A DNA stretch of 40,774 bases from Mageeibacillus sp. UBA5439 (GCA_002427505.1 DIRJ01000047.1:1-40774), one strand, 5' to 3'. Shown: positions 1 through 9,012, numbered from the stretch's first letter. Notes: generated from the sequence alone by a model not told the origin. Made by a program: numbers and translations.

Positions 1-767
1 TGATGGTAATCAGCCTCAATAGTAATAACAATCCCGAACTGCTCTGCAAGATCCTCCCCGTCTACATCGTGCCAACGCGCCGCGAACTCATCTTTCGGGA
101 TGTAGGCATAATTTCCTGAAGTGGATGGATCCATAAAATATATGTTGTCAGCATCGTAGCCGACAGCTATGACATAATGGCCGCTGTCGTATTCCAGCCT
201 GTACTCAGAAACAGTCAGGTATGCCCAGGCCTGTATCGCGCAGATGACAGGTTTACCCTGATCCAGATAAGCGCAAAGTTCATCAATAGTAAGCTTAAAT
301 TTCGGCTCGGCAGTGATCCTGTTCTCATTGCCGTCCGGAGTGGAATCACTGTAATGAGACTTTGTATTCAGAAGCTCTGCTATTTTCCTATAGTTGCTTC
401 CGTCCTCATCATTTGCTCCTAAGGCTGAGGACAGATTATCTTCCCGAACGTCAAAATCATAACCCGTGTACCTCAGGATTGACTGGGCACAGGCAACTCC
501 GCAGGAATATCCGGTCGACTGCCGGACCAGCGGCAGCTCAATCAGAACTGTCGGAGCTTGTTCTGTCAGATTCAGTGATGCTGGATAATAGTGCTCAAAG
601 CTGACTGCAAATACTTCTTCATCAACCTTGTCACTGTCCGCATCTGCTGCATCCCCCCGGTCAGTGACCGGCATGCTTTCTTGGCTGCCGCCAGGCCTGT
701 GACACCCTGCTACCGGCAAGCTTATCAGCAGTATCACGAGTAAAACTGCCAGATTGGATTTTTTCAT
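1..767 (-). CDS. C39-like (papain-fold) cysteine peptidase lipoprotein, runs off the left edge
   Basis: Hand translation from ATG 767 gives MKKSNLAVLLVILLISLPVAG-C (lipobox), QSTGYSCGVAC (Gln/Cys) and GHYVIAVGYD..IYFMDP (His/Asp). The frame stays open to position 1, so it is absent from the ORF track. GGGGGG SD upstream. Confidence 0.85.
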   Translation of the reverse strand, partial: MKKSNLAVLLVILLISLPVAGCHRPGGSQESMPVTDRGDAADADSDKVDEEVFAVSFEHYYPASLNLTEQAPTVLIELPLVRQSTGYSCGVACAQSILRYTGYDFDVREDNLSSALGANDEDGSNYRKIAELLNTKSHYSDSTPDGNENRITAEPKFKLTIDELCAYLDQGKPVICAIQAWAYLTVSEYRLEYDSGHYVIAVGYDADNIYFMDPSTSGNYAYIPKDEFAARWHDVDGEDLAEQFGIVITIEADYH

Positions 768-864
768 AGAAACGCCCCCCTTTGATCTTTATTCTGCAGA
801 ACTTACGGCGCTGTTCTACTCGCTGTGGCAGGTCATCTTGTGTCGAAAGTTCCCCTGTGTCTTA

Positions 865-1947
865 TCAGAAATTGATACTGATCAGATTGCCGGTCTTATC
901 ATAGGAGTAACCGGCATTCTCTGTTTTAGCTAAGGCGATTTTAACAGCAAGCTTATCCCCTTCTTCCAGAGGGTTAAATCTTTTGCCTGCCCAGCGCATG
1001 GTCACTTCACAGTCTTCTCCGCCTTCAGCACAGGAAGCATCAAAACTCAAAAGCATACCTGCATCCGGCAAAAGCGGAAGTATTATCGATACACACATTT
1101 CTTCAAATATCTGCTGGAACTTCAGGCTCTGTGCTGCCGATAAGGCATGTCTGTGTGCGAACTCTGCCAGACTATTGGCAACAGCAACAAAATCAAAGTC
1201 TCTTGATTTAATGTCGTAGTGGAAGTTCCGCAGCTGTTTAACAAATATACGGGTTCTTTGCTTCTGAGGATGATCGAAAATATCTTCCGGTGTCCCTTCC
1301 TCATAAATAATGCCCTGATCCATATAAAAAACTCGGCTCGAAACATCACGGGCAAACTTCATTTCATGGGTGACAATCACCATGGTAAGCCCCTCTCCGG
1401 CAAGATTCCGGATTACGGCAAGAACTTCCCCCACCATAGTCGGATCTAATGCGCTGGTGGGTTCATCAAAAAGCAAAACTTCCGGTCTCATGGCCAGAGC
1501 TCTGACAATAGCTGCACGCTGTTGCTGACCGCCGGATAGCTCAGCAGGGTAATTTTTAGCTTTCTCAGCCAGACCGACACTTTTTAAGAGCCTGATGGCT
1601 CGATCATAGGCCTCCTGCCGGCTCAGTCCCAAAAGATCTACGGGAGCCATCATCGTATTCTCAATTATTGTCAGATGGGAGAAAAGGTTAAAGGATTGGA
1701 ATACCATGCCCATCCTCTGGCGGATTTTTGTAATTGTGGCCGGGTCCTGATAAATGTTTACTCCCTCCAGAAAAATCTCGCCGGAGCTGGGCTGCTCCAG
1801 GCCATTCAGACAGCGCAAAAAAGTACTTTTTCCGGTACCGGACGGGCCGATGACAGACACTACTTCCCCCTTGCCGATGCTGGCATTAATATCTGTCAGA
1901 GGAGTAACGCCGGCATACTCCTTTTTCAAATGGCGGACCTCAATCAT
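865..1947 (-). CDS. Polar amino-acid ABC transporter ATPase (GlnQ-like) with about 120 aa C-terminal extension
   Basis: Walker [19 protein letters not shown], signature LSGGQQQR, Walker [21 protein letters not shown] overlap with the upstream permease. Confidence 0.93.
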   Translation of the reverse strand: MIEVRHLKKEYAGVTPLTDINASIGKGEVVSVIGPSGTGKSTFLRCLNGLEQPSSGEIFLEGVNIYQDPATITKIRQRMGMVFQSFNLFSHLTIIENTMMAPVDLLGLSRQEAYDRAIRLLKSVGLAEKAKNYPAELSGGQQQRAAIVRALAMRPEVLLFDEPTSALDPTMVGEVLAVIRNLAGEGLTMVIVTHEMKFARDVSSRVFYMDQGIIYEEGTPEDIFDHPQKQRTRIFVKQLRNFHYDIKSRDFDFVAVANSLAEFAHRHALSAAQSLKFQQIFEEMCVSIILPLLPDAGMLLSFDASCAEGGEDCEVTMRWAGKRFNPLEEGDKLAVKIALAKTENAGYSYDKTGNLISINF

Positions 1948-3551
1948 TCAATCACTCCCTTCAGCTCACGGGATCTTTTCCCGGGATCAATTCTGATTTC
2001 AATCAAATTTAACAGGGAGGTCAGGATCCAGGCAATTAGAAAGTAAATAATCGCAGTTACAATCAGGGGAAAGAAAGCTTCATAAGTGCGGCTGCGGATA
2101 ATATCAGATACCTTGGTTAAATCCTGGACAGCAATATAACCCACTATGGAGGTCGTTTTTACCATGGATATAAATTCGCCTTTGTAAACCGGTAAGATGT
2201 GACGCGCCGCCTGGGGAAAGATGACCTTGCTAAATGTTTGCAGGTTATTGTAGCCCAGAGCCAGGGATGCCTCACGCTGCCCTGTGGGGACAGCTTCAAT
2301 ACCGGTCCTCATCATTTCACCGACATAAACGCCAAAGTTGATGGATATGCCGATAATTGCAACTATAATGGCATTGATATCAACTGAACCGAACACCAGG
2401 TAATAGAGAATCATCAGCAGTACCACCATAGGCACACCCTGAATTAATCTGATGAATACTTTGGCAAAGGCAGACGGACCCCTTTTCTTACTCATGCGAA
2501 GCAAGCAAATTCCAAAGCCGAACAGGCTTCCGATTATTCCCGCCATTATGGAAATAAGCAGGCTAACGCCAATACCACCCGCAATCAGCTTCCAACGACT
2601 TTCTCTGATAAAAGTCTTGTGAAAGCTGTTGGAGACTTTACTCCAAAAGCTGACCCGGGTATTCTCACCGGAATCTCCGCCAGCACCAACAAGAGCACGG
2701 GTGATTATCCATTGACCGTAGGAGTGGTAGCTTTCAGTAAAATCAACACTTTGGCGGCGTTCCTCGGTAATAGCCAGACCGCCTCCGGCCAGATCATACT
2801 TGCCTGAAGTTATACCTGCCAGCATTCCGGCAATGTTGGACTCGGTGACTGTCAGTCCATATCCGTATTCCTGACAGAAACGGCTAAGCAAATCAAGCTC
2901 CAGTCCGGTCAGCTTGTCTCCGAGTATAAAGCTGATGGGTTCCATGTTGCCCTGAGCTGCGTAGCGAATAACTCCATGATCAGCTGATAGCTCAGATTCT
3001 GAAATCACTTCAGGATAGCTATCCTGTGCCTTAAACCACTGATCATATAATTTATCAAATAAACCGTTGTTTTTTGCCGACAGAATGTAAGAATTGAGCT
3101 GCACCAGCAGATCTCGCGAAAAATCAGCAGGCGCCGACATAAAGGCAACATGGTCCAAAGGCCCTTCCAGCTCAAAGGCTGCCAACTTTTCATTCTCGCG
3201 CAGAATAAAGGGAACGCGCGTAGCGACAGTCATAAAGCCATCAATCTTCCCCGCAGTCAGGGCGACAATCATGTCGGAGATGCCTTCAAAGTAAAGTATG
3301 CTTGTGTCGGGCAGATATTGCGCTGTGTAGGCGTCCTGTATGCTGCCTGTCCGTACACCCATTCTTGCCTGAGCTGAGTTCAGCTCCAGAGACGAGGAAA
3401 ATTCAGGCTGGGGCTCTTTTTCCAAATCAGTTTCCTGCTCACTTATCCCTGCGGCAGAGGCAAGCGGAACTTGTGGACCGGCAGATAAGAGAACACACAG
3501 AAGCGTTAGCAGAGCCAGAGAAAGAAGCATATTAGAGGCAATTCTTTTCAT
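1944..3551 (-). CDS. Amino-acid ABC transporter, substrate-binding domain fused to HisM/GlnP-type permease
   Basis: Signal peptide, SBP family 3 motifs ([15 protein letters not shown]), permease motifs QGVPMVV and [18 protein letters not shown] 3551 chosen because GAGGT precedes it; the track uses GTG 3566. Confidence 0.9.
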   Translation of the reverse strand: MKRIASNMLLSLALLTLLCVLLSAGPQVPLASAAGISEQETDLEKEPQPEFSSSLELNSAQARMGVRTGSIQDAYTAQYLPDTSILYFEGISDMIVALTAGKIDGFMTVATRVPFILRENEKLAAFELEGPLDHVAFMSAPADFSRDLLVQLNSYILSAKNNGLFDKLYDQWFKAQDSYPEVISESELSADHGVIRYAAQGNMEPISFILGDKLTGLELDLLSRFCQEYGYGLTVTESNIAGMLAGITSGKYDLAGGGLAITEERRQSVDFTESYHSYGQWIITRALVGAGGDSGENTRVSFWSKVSNSFHKTFIRESRWKLIAGGIGVSLLISIMAGIIGSLFGFGICLLRMSKKRGPSAFAKVFIRLIQGVPMVVLLMILYYLVFGSVDINAIIVAIIGISINFGVYVGEMMRTGIEAVPTGQREASLALGYNNLQTFSKVIFPQAARHILPVYKGEFISMVKTTSIVGYIAVQDLTKVSDIIRSRTYEAFFPLIVTAIIYFLIAWILTSLLNLIEIRIDPGKRSRELKGVIE

Positions 3552-3566
3552 AAGATCTGACCTCAC

Positions 3567-4304
3567 TTACAAAGAAATAAAATCTGATATTTTTGTATAG
3601 ATTATCTCTTGTTCCGCTTTTGTAAAATAGGCATGCCAGGACTCTTTTAATAAAACAATTTCGTGATCAGAGTTTAACAACAGTTTATCAAACATAGCCG
3701 AGCTTTTGAAAGACGCAGTTTCATCTGACTCGGAATGAATCAAAAGGGTCGGGACCCGGATCATTGGAAGATTTTGTTCTGTCTTTTTCATTAATTTGAA
3801 GGGTTGACAGAGAACCCGGAGCCAAAACGGCATGCTTAAAATATATGATTTGTTGATACTATGTGATTGTCGGTAGGCTTGGCTGATATCCGGCTCAACA
3901 CTGTTAAAAAGCAGCTTAACTCTTTTTTTTATTGCCTCTGCTTGCAATAGGCTTAATTTCAGCGGTGATGAGATCAGCACAACGCCGCTGATCTCAAATT
4001 TCAAGGTCGCATTAACTGCCAGCAATCCGCCGAGTGAATGCCCAATTAAATATATCTTCTTATATGAAGAAAAGTGCTTCAATTGCTTATCAAGATATTC
4101 TTCCCAGGATCTGAGCCTCGTCCGGGCAAAGTCAAAGCCGGACTTACCGTGTCCGGGCAAAAGCAAAGAAACAACAGAAAAACCTTTTCCATAGGCTAAA
4201 TCCATTAAACCGGAAAATTGTGCCGGTGACCCCATAAAACCATGGATGAAAATAACAATTCTATCGGAATCCTGCTGAATTTTTTCTATAGTCTTGAGTT
4301 TCAT
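3567..4304 (-). CDS. Alpha/beta hydrolase (carboxylesterase/monoacylglycerol-lipase-like)
   Basis: IHGF oxyanion motif, LPGHG, nucleophile GHSLGG, Asp in SESDE, His in ESWH. Confidence 0.88.
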   Translation of the reverse strand: MKLKTIEKIQQDSDRIVIFIHGFMGSPAQFSGLMDLAYGKGFSVVSLLLPGHGKSGFDFARTRLRSWEEYLDKQLKHFSSYKKIYLIGHSLGGLLAVNATLKFEISGVVLISSPLKLSLLQAEAIKKRVKLLFNSVEPDISQAYRQSHSINKSYILSMPFWLRVLCQPFKLMKKTEQNLPMIRVPTLLIHSESDETASFKSSAMFDKLLLNSDHEIVLLKESWHAYFTKAEQEIIYTKISDFISL

Positions 4305-4483
4305 CGCTCAGGCCTTGTGCGAAGCATAATATGCTTCGCCTCTCTTTCGGCCATAGCTGCAGATTAGCTCGGAAGCTTTGTGTATATTCATGACAAAATA
4401 TACCAACTTTCTTGTTTCAGCTGGCTATAGATTAACACAAGATAACTATTCTTTAAGAAGCACAAAATGTTACCAAAATTCTA

Positions 4484-4511
4484 TTGACACACATCTTTTA
4501 AAATATAAACT
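4484..4511 (+). promoter_or_regulatory. Sigma-A-type promoter of the feo operon
   Basis: TTGACA 4484-4489, 16 nt spacer, TAAACT 4506-4511. Confidence 0.6.
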
Positions 4512-4517
4512 GCTTGC

Positions 4518-4537
4518 GAGTTAGATACTGCTAACTC
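4518..4537. promoter_or_regulatory. DtxR/MntR-type operator 1
   Basis: GAGTTAG-ATACTG-CTAACTC palindrome just downstream of the -10; core TTAG-N6-CTAA. Confidence 0.7.
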
Positions 4538-4593
4538 ATCTCTACTAACTGAATCTTAAAGCTGCTAAGCAATATAGAACGGAGGAGCAAGAC

Positions 4594-4806
4594 ATGATGC
4601 CGCTCATAGTCGCCAGTATCGGTGAGGAAAATACAATCCGTAAGGTTGGAGGAAACACAGAAACCAAAAAACACTTAACAAATCTAGGTTTCGTCGTCGG
4701 TGGAAATGTCACAGTGGTTTCTTCAATCGCAGGCAACCTCATCGTCAATGTCAAAGAATCCCGCATCGCCCTCAATCGCGAGATGGCCGGGAAAATTATG
4801 ATCTAA
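4594..4806 (+). CDS. feoA: Ferrous iron transport protein A
   Basis: 70 aa SH3-like, KKHLTNLGFVVG..VKESRIAL. GGAGGAG SD. Upstream of feoB. Confidence 0.9.
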   Translation: MMPLIVASIGEENTIRKVGGNTETKKHLTNLGFVVGGNVTVVSSIAGNLIVNVKESRIALNREMAGKIMI

Positions 4807-4818
4807 GGAGAAAAGTAA

Positions 4819-5040
4819 ATGAAAACTCTGAGGCAATCTCAAATCGGTGAAACCGTAAAGATTGTTAAGGTCCATGGAGAGGGCGCAGTCAAGCGCCGCA
4901 TCATGGACATGGGCATCACGAAAGGTACGGATGTATATATTCGTAAACTGGCACCGCTTGGTGATCCCATTGAGGTCACGGTTCGGGGATATGAGCTTTC
5001 GCTCCGCAAGGCGGATGCGGATATGATCGAGATTGAGTAA
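4819..5040 (+). CDS. feoA: Ferrous iron transport protein A (second copy)
   Basis: RRIMDMGITKG..APLGDPIEVTVRGYELSLRK canonical FeoA motif. Confidence 0.95.
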   Translation: MKTLRQSQIGETVKIVKVHGEGAVKRRIMDMGITKGTDVYIRKLAPLGDPIEVTVRGYELSLRKADADMIEIE

Positions 5041-5046
5041 TAAGCC

Positions 5047-5068
5047 GGGGGCATCCCCCCCTTTTTTT
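5047..5068 (+). terminator. Intrinsic terminator-like hairpin inside the feo operon
   Basis: GGGGG-CAT-CCCCC(CC) followed by T7. Confidence 0.55.
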
Positions 5069-5076
5069 GAACCGAT

Positions 5077-5094
5077 AGTTAGTCACTCCTAACT
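5077..5094. promoter_or_regulatory. DtxR/MntR-type operator 2 upstream of feoB
   Basis: AGTTAG-TCACTC-CTAACT, same arms and spacing as the box at 4518. Confidence 0.7.
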
Positions 5095-5109
5095 TAATGA
5101 GAGGAATAT

Positions 5110-7521
5110 ATGGCAGAAAAAATTAGAATTGCACTGGCCGGTAACCCTAACAGCGGCAAGACAACCTTATTCAACAGCTTAACGGGCTCCAACCAATTTG
5201 TCGGCAACTGGCCGGGAGTAACAGTCGAGAAAAAGGAAGGCAAATTAAAGAAACACGATGATGTCATTATCACAGACCTTCCCGGTATCTATTCCCTGTC
5301 TCCCTACACACTGGAAGAAGTAATAGCAAGAAACTATCTTGTTGTGGAGCGCCCTGATGCTATCCTGAACATCATAGACGGCACCAATCTGGAACGTAAC
5401 CTCTACCTGACTACCCAGCTAACGGAGTTGGGCATCCCCGTGGTTATCGCCATCAATATGATGGATGTGGTCAGGAAAAACGGTGATAAGATAAACATTT
5501 CAGAACTATCCCGTGATTTGGGCTGCAGGATCGTGGAGATTTCAGCTCTGAGGGGCGAGGGCATTATGGAAGCTGCTGCAGCAGCCCTCGACGCTGCCCG
5601 GAATACAAAGACCGAACCGATGCACACCTTTTCCGGTGTCGTTGAACACGCTCTGGCACATATTGAAGAAGCCGCATTACACGATTTGCCGCCGGAGCAG
5701 CAGCGCTGGTACGCAATCAAAATTTTCGAACGTGACGACAAGGTACTGCAACAGTTAAAGCTGGAAGAATCTGTCATTACCCACATTGAGGCAGATATTC
5801 AGTCTGCTGAAAGGGAATTTGATGACGATGCAGAAAGTATCATCACGAATGAGCGATATAACTATATTGCTTCTCTGCTGCAGGACAGCTACAGGAAAAA
5901 GAACGCGGGCAAAATGTCAGTTTCGGATAAGATTGATAAAATTGTCACCAACCGCTGGCTGGGACTGCCTATTTTCGCGGTAGTCATGTTCCTTGTTTAT
6001 TATATCTCCATGGTTACTGTAGGTCTGGCAGCCACGGACTGGGCCAACGATGCCCTGTTCGGCGATGGCTGGCACCTGTTGGGGATCGGCGGCGCCGCCT
6101 ACGGTGAGGCGGCAGAGGAATACGGTGAAGCCTCTCTCATTGTCGAAGGATATGACACCTATGTTGAAGAAAATGGTTCAGCGCCTGCAGGAAACTTCCA
6201 GTATGCTGTGGAGGACGAAGAAACTCTGGCTGTAGAATACGAAACAGCAACGCTTGCCGATTACACTGCTGCCCTGGAAACACTGGAGCAATATGGTGAA
6301 GAACCTGACCCGGCTGCTTACGGTGTGTGGGTGCCCGGCATCCCCGTTCTCGTAGGCCAGGGCCTGGATGCGATCAACGCCGCTCCCTGGCTGGCTGGTC
6401 TGATCAATGACGGTATTGTAGCCGGCGTAGGTGCAGTGCTGGGTTTTCTGCCGCAAATGCTGGTACTTTTCCTGATGCTGGCCTTCCTGGAAGCCTGCGG
6501 TTATATGTCACGGATTGCCTTTATCCTTGACCGTGTCTTCCGTAAATTCGGTCTGTCCGGCAAAAGCTTTATCCCCATGCTGATCGGTACCGGCTGCAGC
6601 ATTCCGGGGATCATGGCATCACGCACAATTGAGAACGAGCGTGACCGGCGCATGACCATTATTACCACATCTTTCATCCCCTGCTCCGCCAAAATACCCT
6701 TTATCGGCATGGTAGCAGGCGCCCTCTTCGGAGGCAGCGCCTGGGTAGCCACCTCTGCTTACTTTATTGGTATGGCCTCTGTCATTATCTCCGGCATTAT
6801 TCTGAAGAAGACAAAAATGTTCTCCGGTGAACCTGCTCCTTTTGTGATGGAACTGCCGGCCTACCACTGGCCGACATTGAAAAATGTCCTTCTCTCCATG
6901 TGGGAGCGTGGCTGGTCCTTCATCAAGAAAGCCGGAACAATCATCCTGCTGTCAGCAATTGCGGTGTGGTTCACCTCTTACTTCGGCATCGTGGACGGAA
7001 GCTTCCGGATGCTGGAAGAAAGTGAAATCAGCCACTCCATCCTTGCGACTATCGGAGGGGCTATTGCCTGGATTTTCAAACCGCTCGGCTGGGGAAGCTG
7101 GGAAGCTGCAGTAGCCTCCATTACCGGGCTCATAGCCAAAGAAAACATCGGCGGCACCATGGGTATCCTGTACGGTGCCTCCGGCAATGTGTACACGACA
7201 CTAAGTAATGTATTCACCGGTGTCACCGGCTACTCATTCCTGGTATTCAACCTGCTGTGTGCCCCCTGTTTCGCCGCAGTCGGTGCAATCAGGCGGGAGA
7301 TGAACAACGCTAAATGGACCTGGTTTGCCATCGGCTACCAGACCGGATTCGCCTATGCTGTCGCCCTGATGATAAATCAGTTCGGCGGGCTTTTTACGGG
7401 CAATTTAAATATAGTCGGCCTTGTCTTCGCCATAGCGGTCCTGATCGGCATCATCTATATGCTGTTTAAGCCCTATAAAGAGACCAGCAAGCTGACAACA
7501 GTGGTTGATGTCAGCAGTTAA
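5110..7521 (+). CDS. feoB: Ferrous iron transport protein B
   Basis: G1 GNPNSGKT, VGNWPGVTVE, DLPG, NMMD; gate/core membrane motifs FIPCSAK and PFVMELP. Confidence 0.97.
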   Translation: MAEKIRIALAGNPNSGKTTLFNSLTGSNQFVGNWPGVTVEKKEGKLKKHDDVIITDLPGIYSLSPYTLEEVIARNYLVVERPDAILNIIDGTNLERNLYLTTQLTELGIPVVIAINMMDVVRKNGDKINISELSRDLGCRIVEISALRGEGIMEAAAAALDAARNTKTEPMHTFSGVVEHALAHIEEAALHDLPPEQQRWYAIKIFERDDKVLQQLKLEESVITHIEADIQSAEREFDDDAESIITNERYNYIASLLQDSYRKKNAGKMSVSDKIDKIVTNRWLGLPIFAVVMFLVYYISMVTVGLAATDWANDALFGDGWHLLGIGGAAYGEAAEEYGEASLIVEGYDTYVEENGSAPAGNFQYAVEDEETLAVEYETATLADYTAALETLEQYGEEPDPAAYGVWVPGIPVLVGQGLDAINAAPWLAGLINDGIVAGVGAVLGFLPQMLVLFLMLAFLEACGYMSRIAFILDRVFRKFGLSGKSFIPMLIGTGCSIPGIMASRTIENERDRRMTIITTSFIPCSAKIPFIGMVAGALFGGSAWVATSAYFIGMASVIISGIILKKTKMFSGEPAPFVMELPAYHWPTLKNVLLSMWERGWSFIKKAGTIILLSAIAVWFTSYFGIVDGSFRMLEESEISHSILATIGGAIAWIFKPLGWGSWEAAVASITGLIAKENIGGTMGILYGASGNVYTTLSNVFTGVTGYSFLVFNLLCAPCFAAVGAIRREMNNAKWTWFAIGYQTGFAYAVALMINQFGGLFTGNLNIVGLVFAIAVLIGIIYMLFKPYKETSKLTTVVDVSS

Positions 7522-7546
7522 TTGAACACGAAAGGAAGAAGCTCAA

Positions 7547-7717
7547 ATGCTAGCCTGGATTACTGCAAATATCGGAACGATTATAGTCAGTGCTGTACTC
7601 ATCGCAATTGTGGCCCTGGTCATTACCGTGATGGTCAGAGATAAGAAAAAGGGGAAATCACCCTGTGGCGGAAAGTGCAGTGGCTGCCCCTCAGCAAACG
7701 CCTGTCACAACCGCTGA
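7547..7717 (+). CDS. FeoB-associated Cys-rich membrane protein (56 aa)
   Basis: Hand translation MLAWITANIGTIIVSAVLIAIVALVITVMVRDKKKGKSPCGGKCSGCPSANACHNR; AAGGA SD; below the ORF-track length cutoff. Confidence 0.9.
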   Translation: MLAWITANIGTIIVSAVLIAIVALVITVMVRDKKKGKSPCGGKCSGCPSANACHNR

Positions 7718-7774
7718 TGCGATAATAAAAGCACCCACTGCCTAAGACCTATTCATAGAAGAGATTAAGTTGTT

Positions 7775-7805
7775 ACAGCTCCGGAGATCCGGAGCTGTTT
7801 CTTTA
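7775..7805 (+). terminator. Terminator of the feo operon
   Basis: ACAGCTCCGGA-GA-TCCGGAGCTGT followed by TTCTTT. Confidence 0.8.
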
Positions 7806-7953
7806 TGTTGTTTACAAAACGAGATGTGATAGAGTTGTCGGCTCTAATGCTATTTGCATTTGTTGTAAACTATACTTCAGGTTTTCTCACATATAAACGT
7901 ACTGAGTAAAATTGTCCGAGCGGTTTCAGTCCTAGGTTAAATCTATCATTGCC

Positions 7954-8730
7954 TTAGCGAGAAGCACGACTTCCTCCGCACACTGATCGGACAAGGGAGG
8001 TTATAATAATCGTTGCCATGATAACCAGCACGGTTAAAACTATGCCTGACAGCAGCCAGGTCTTTTTTCGATTCTGTTTTTCCGTCTTTGCTACAGATAT
8101 TTCCCACATAAGGCCCGCTACAAGAGAAACAAGAAATATGCCACCCCAAACTACCCATCCAAAATAACTCATACCATACCGGGCACCTGTATAACCGTTT
8201 CCCAGGCACAAGCCAAGAAGCAATCCTAAGCCATTGGCAGCAAAGCTTACGATCGAGAGGCGGCGTTTACCAATAAATGCTGAAGTAATTGAGATTGCTG
8301 TGGCGATAAGCAAGGGAGCGTAGTGAAAGAGCCTGTTAAGCAAAAGACTGGGTTCTCCAAAGCTCCCGGATATAATCAAGCCAAGAATCATCAGACCGAT
8401 ATGGCAAATCGCAATGATTAATGCGATACGGCGATTCTCTTTTCTCATTCTCCGCAATTCCGCAGCCTTCTTTTCTGTTTCCATTTTGTATAGATAATAG
8501 GTCTGCTCCGCTGAGGATCGTATATTTTCATCCCTTTCATTATCCATCAGCATATCCACGCTTGTTCCCAGTATCTCTGCTAAGGCAAAGAGGTTAGTTG
8601 TGCTCGGAACAGATAAGTCCGTCTCCCATTTGGTAACGGCTTGTCGGCTGACACCGACCAGTTCAGCCAACTTTTTTTGGGACATGCCTGTCTTTTTTCG
8701 CTGATCCTTAATTCTATTGCCTAAAGACAC
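7954..8730 (-). CDS. XRE-family HTH regulator fused to a multi-pass membrane domain
   Basis: SQKKLAELVGVSRQAVTKWE HTH, then about five hydrophobic segments. GTG 8730 lies 8 nt after GGAGG. Confidence 0.85.
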   Translation of the reverse strand: MSLGNRIKDQRKKTGMSQKKLAELVGVSRQAVTKWETDLSVPSTTNLFALAEILGTSVDMLMDNERDENIRSSAEQTYYLYKMETEKKAAELRRMRKENRRIALIIAICHIGLMILGLIISGSFGEPSLLLNRLFHYAPLLIATAISITSAFIGKRRLSIVSFAANGLGLLLGLCLGNGYTGARYGMSYFGWVVWGGIFLVSLVAGLMWEISVAKTEKQNRKKTWLLSGIVLTVLVIMATIIITSLVRSVCGGSRASR

Positions 8731-8974
8731 TACAACCACCTCCCTTCGCTTTCATAATAGCCCCTTTAGACTTTCATACTAGCAACTATTAGGCAACTAC
8801 CGGTTGCAGTCTGGCTTTTTTCATGTTTTGCAAATCAATTTACTTTTGTAAAGGAAGTCAGGATTAGTGGCCTTCCGGTCAACCGGGCGCTTTCAGTTTA
8901 CTCAATTTGCGAAATAACATGGGTTTTGGCTTTCACTTAAAAGAAAGCTGGCTATTGGGGTTTCTTGGATATAG

Positions 8975-9003
8975 AAAAAGATCCGCCCCATCCGGAGCGG
9001 ACC
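8975..9003 (-). terminator. Terminator after tRNA-Leu
   Basis: Minus strand GGTCCGCTCC-GGAT-GGGGCGGATC then TTTTT. Confidence 0.8.
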
Positions 9004-9012
9004 TTAGCCATT

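Noticed and set aside
177-604. Two plus-strand ORFs (81 and 80 aa)
   Set aside because: Antisense shadows of the C39-like peptidase.
4308-4310. In-frame TGA upstream of the hydrolase as possible Sec
   Set aside because: No redox motif or SECIS, and the hydrolase fold is complete from ATG 4304.
7715-7768. The Cys-rich peptide's TGA is followed in frame by TGC and 16 more codons, suggesting a U-C selenoprotein extension
   Set aside because: The family normally ends just after its last C-H motif, and no SECIS-like hairpin follows. An ordinary stop is more likely.
7903-8903. TGAGTAAA / TTTACTCA inverted pair flanking the XRE gene as mobile-element ends
   Set aside because: Only 8 bp match, with no transposase or target duplication.
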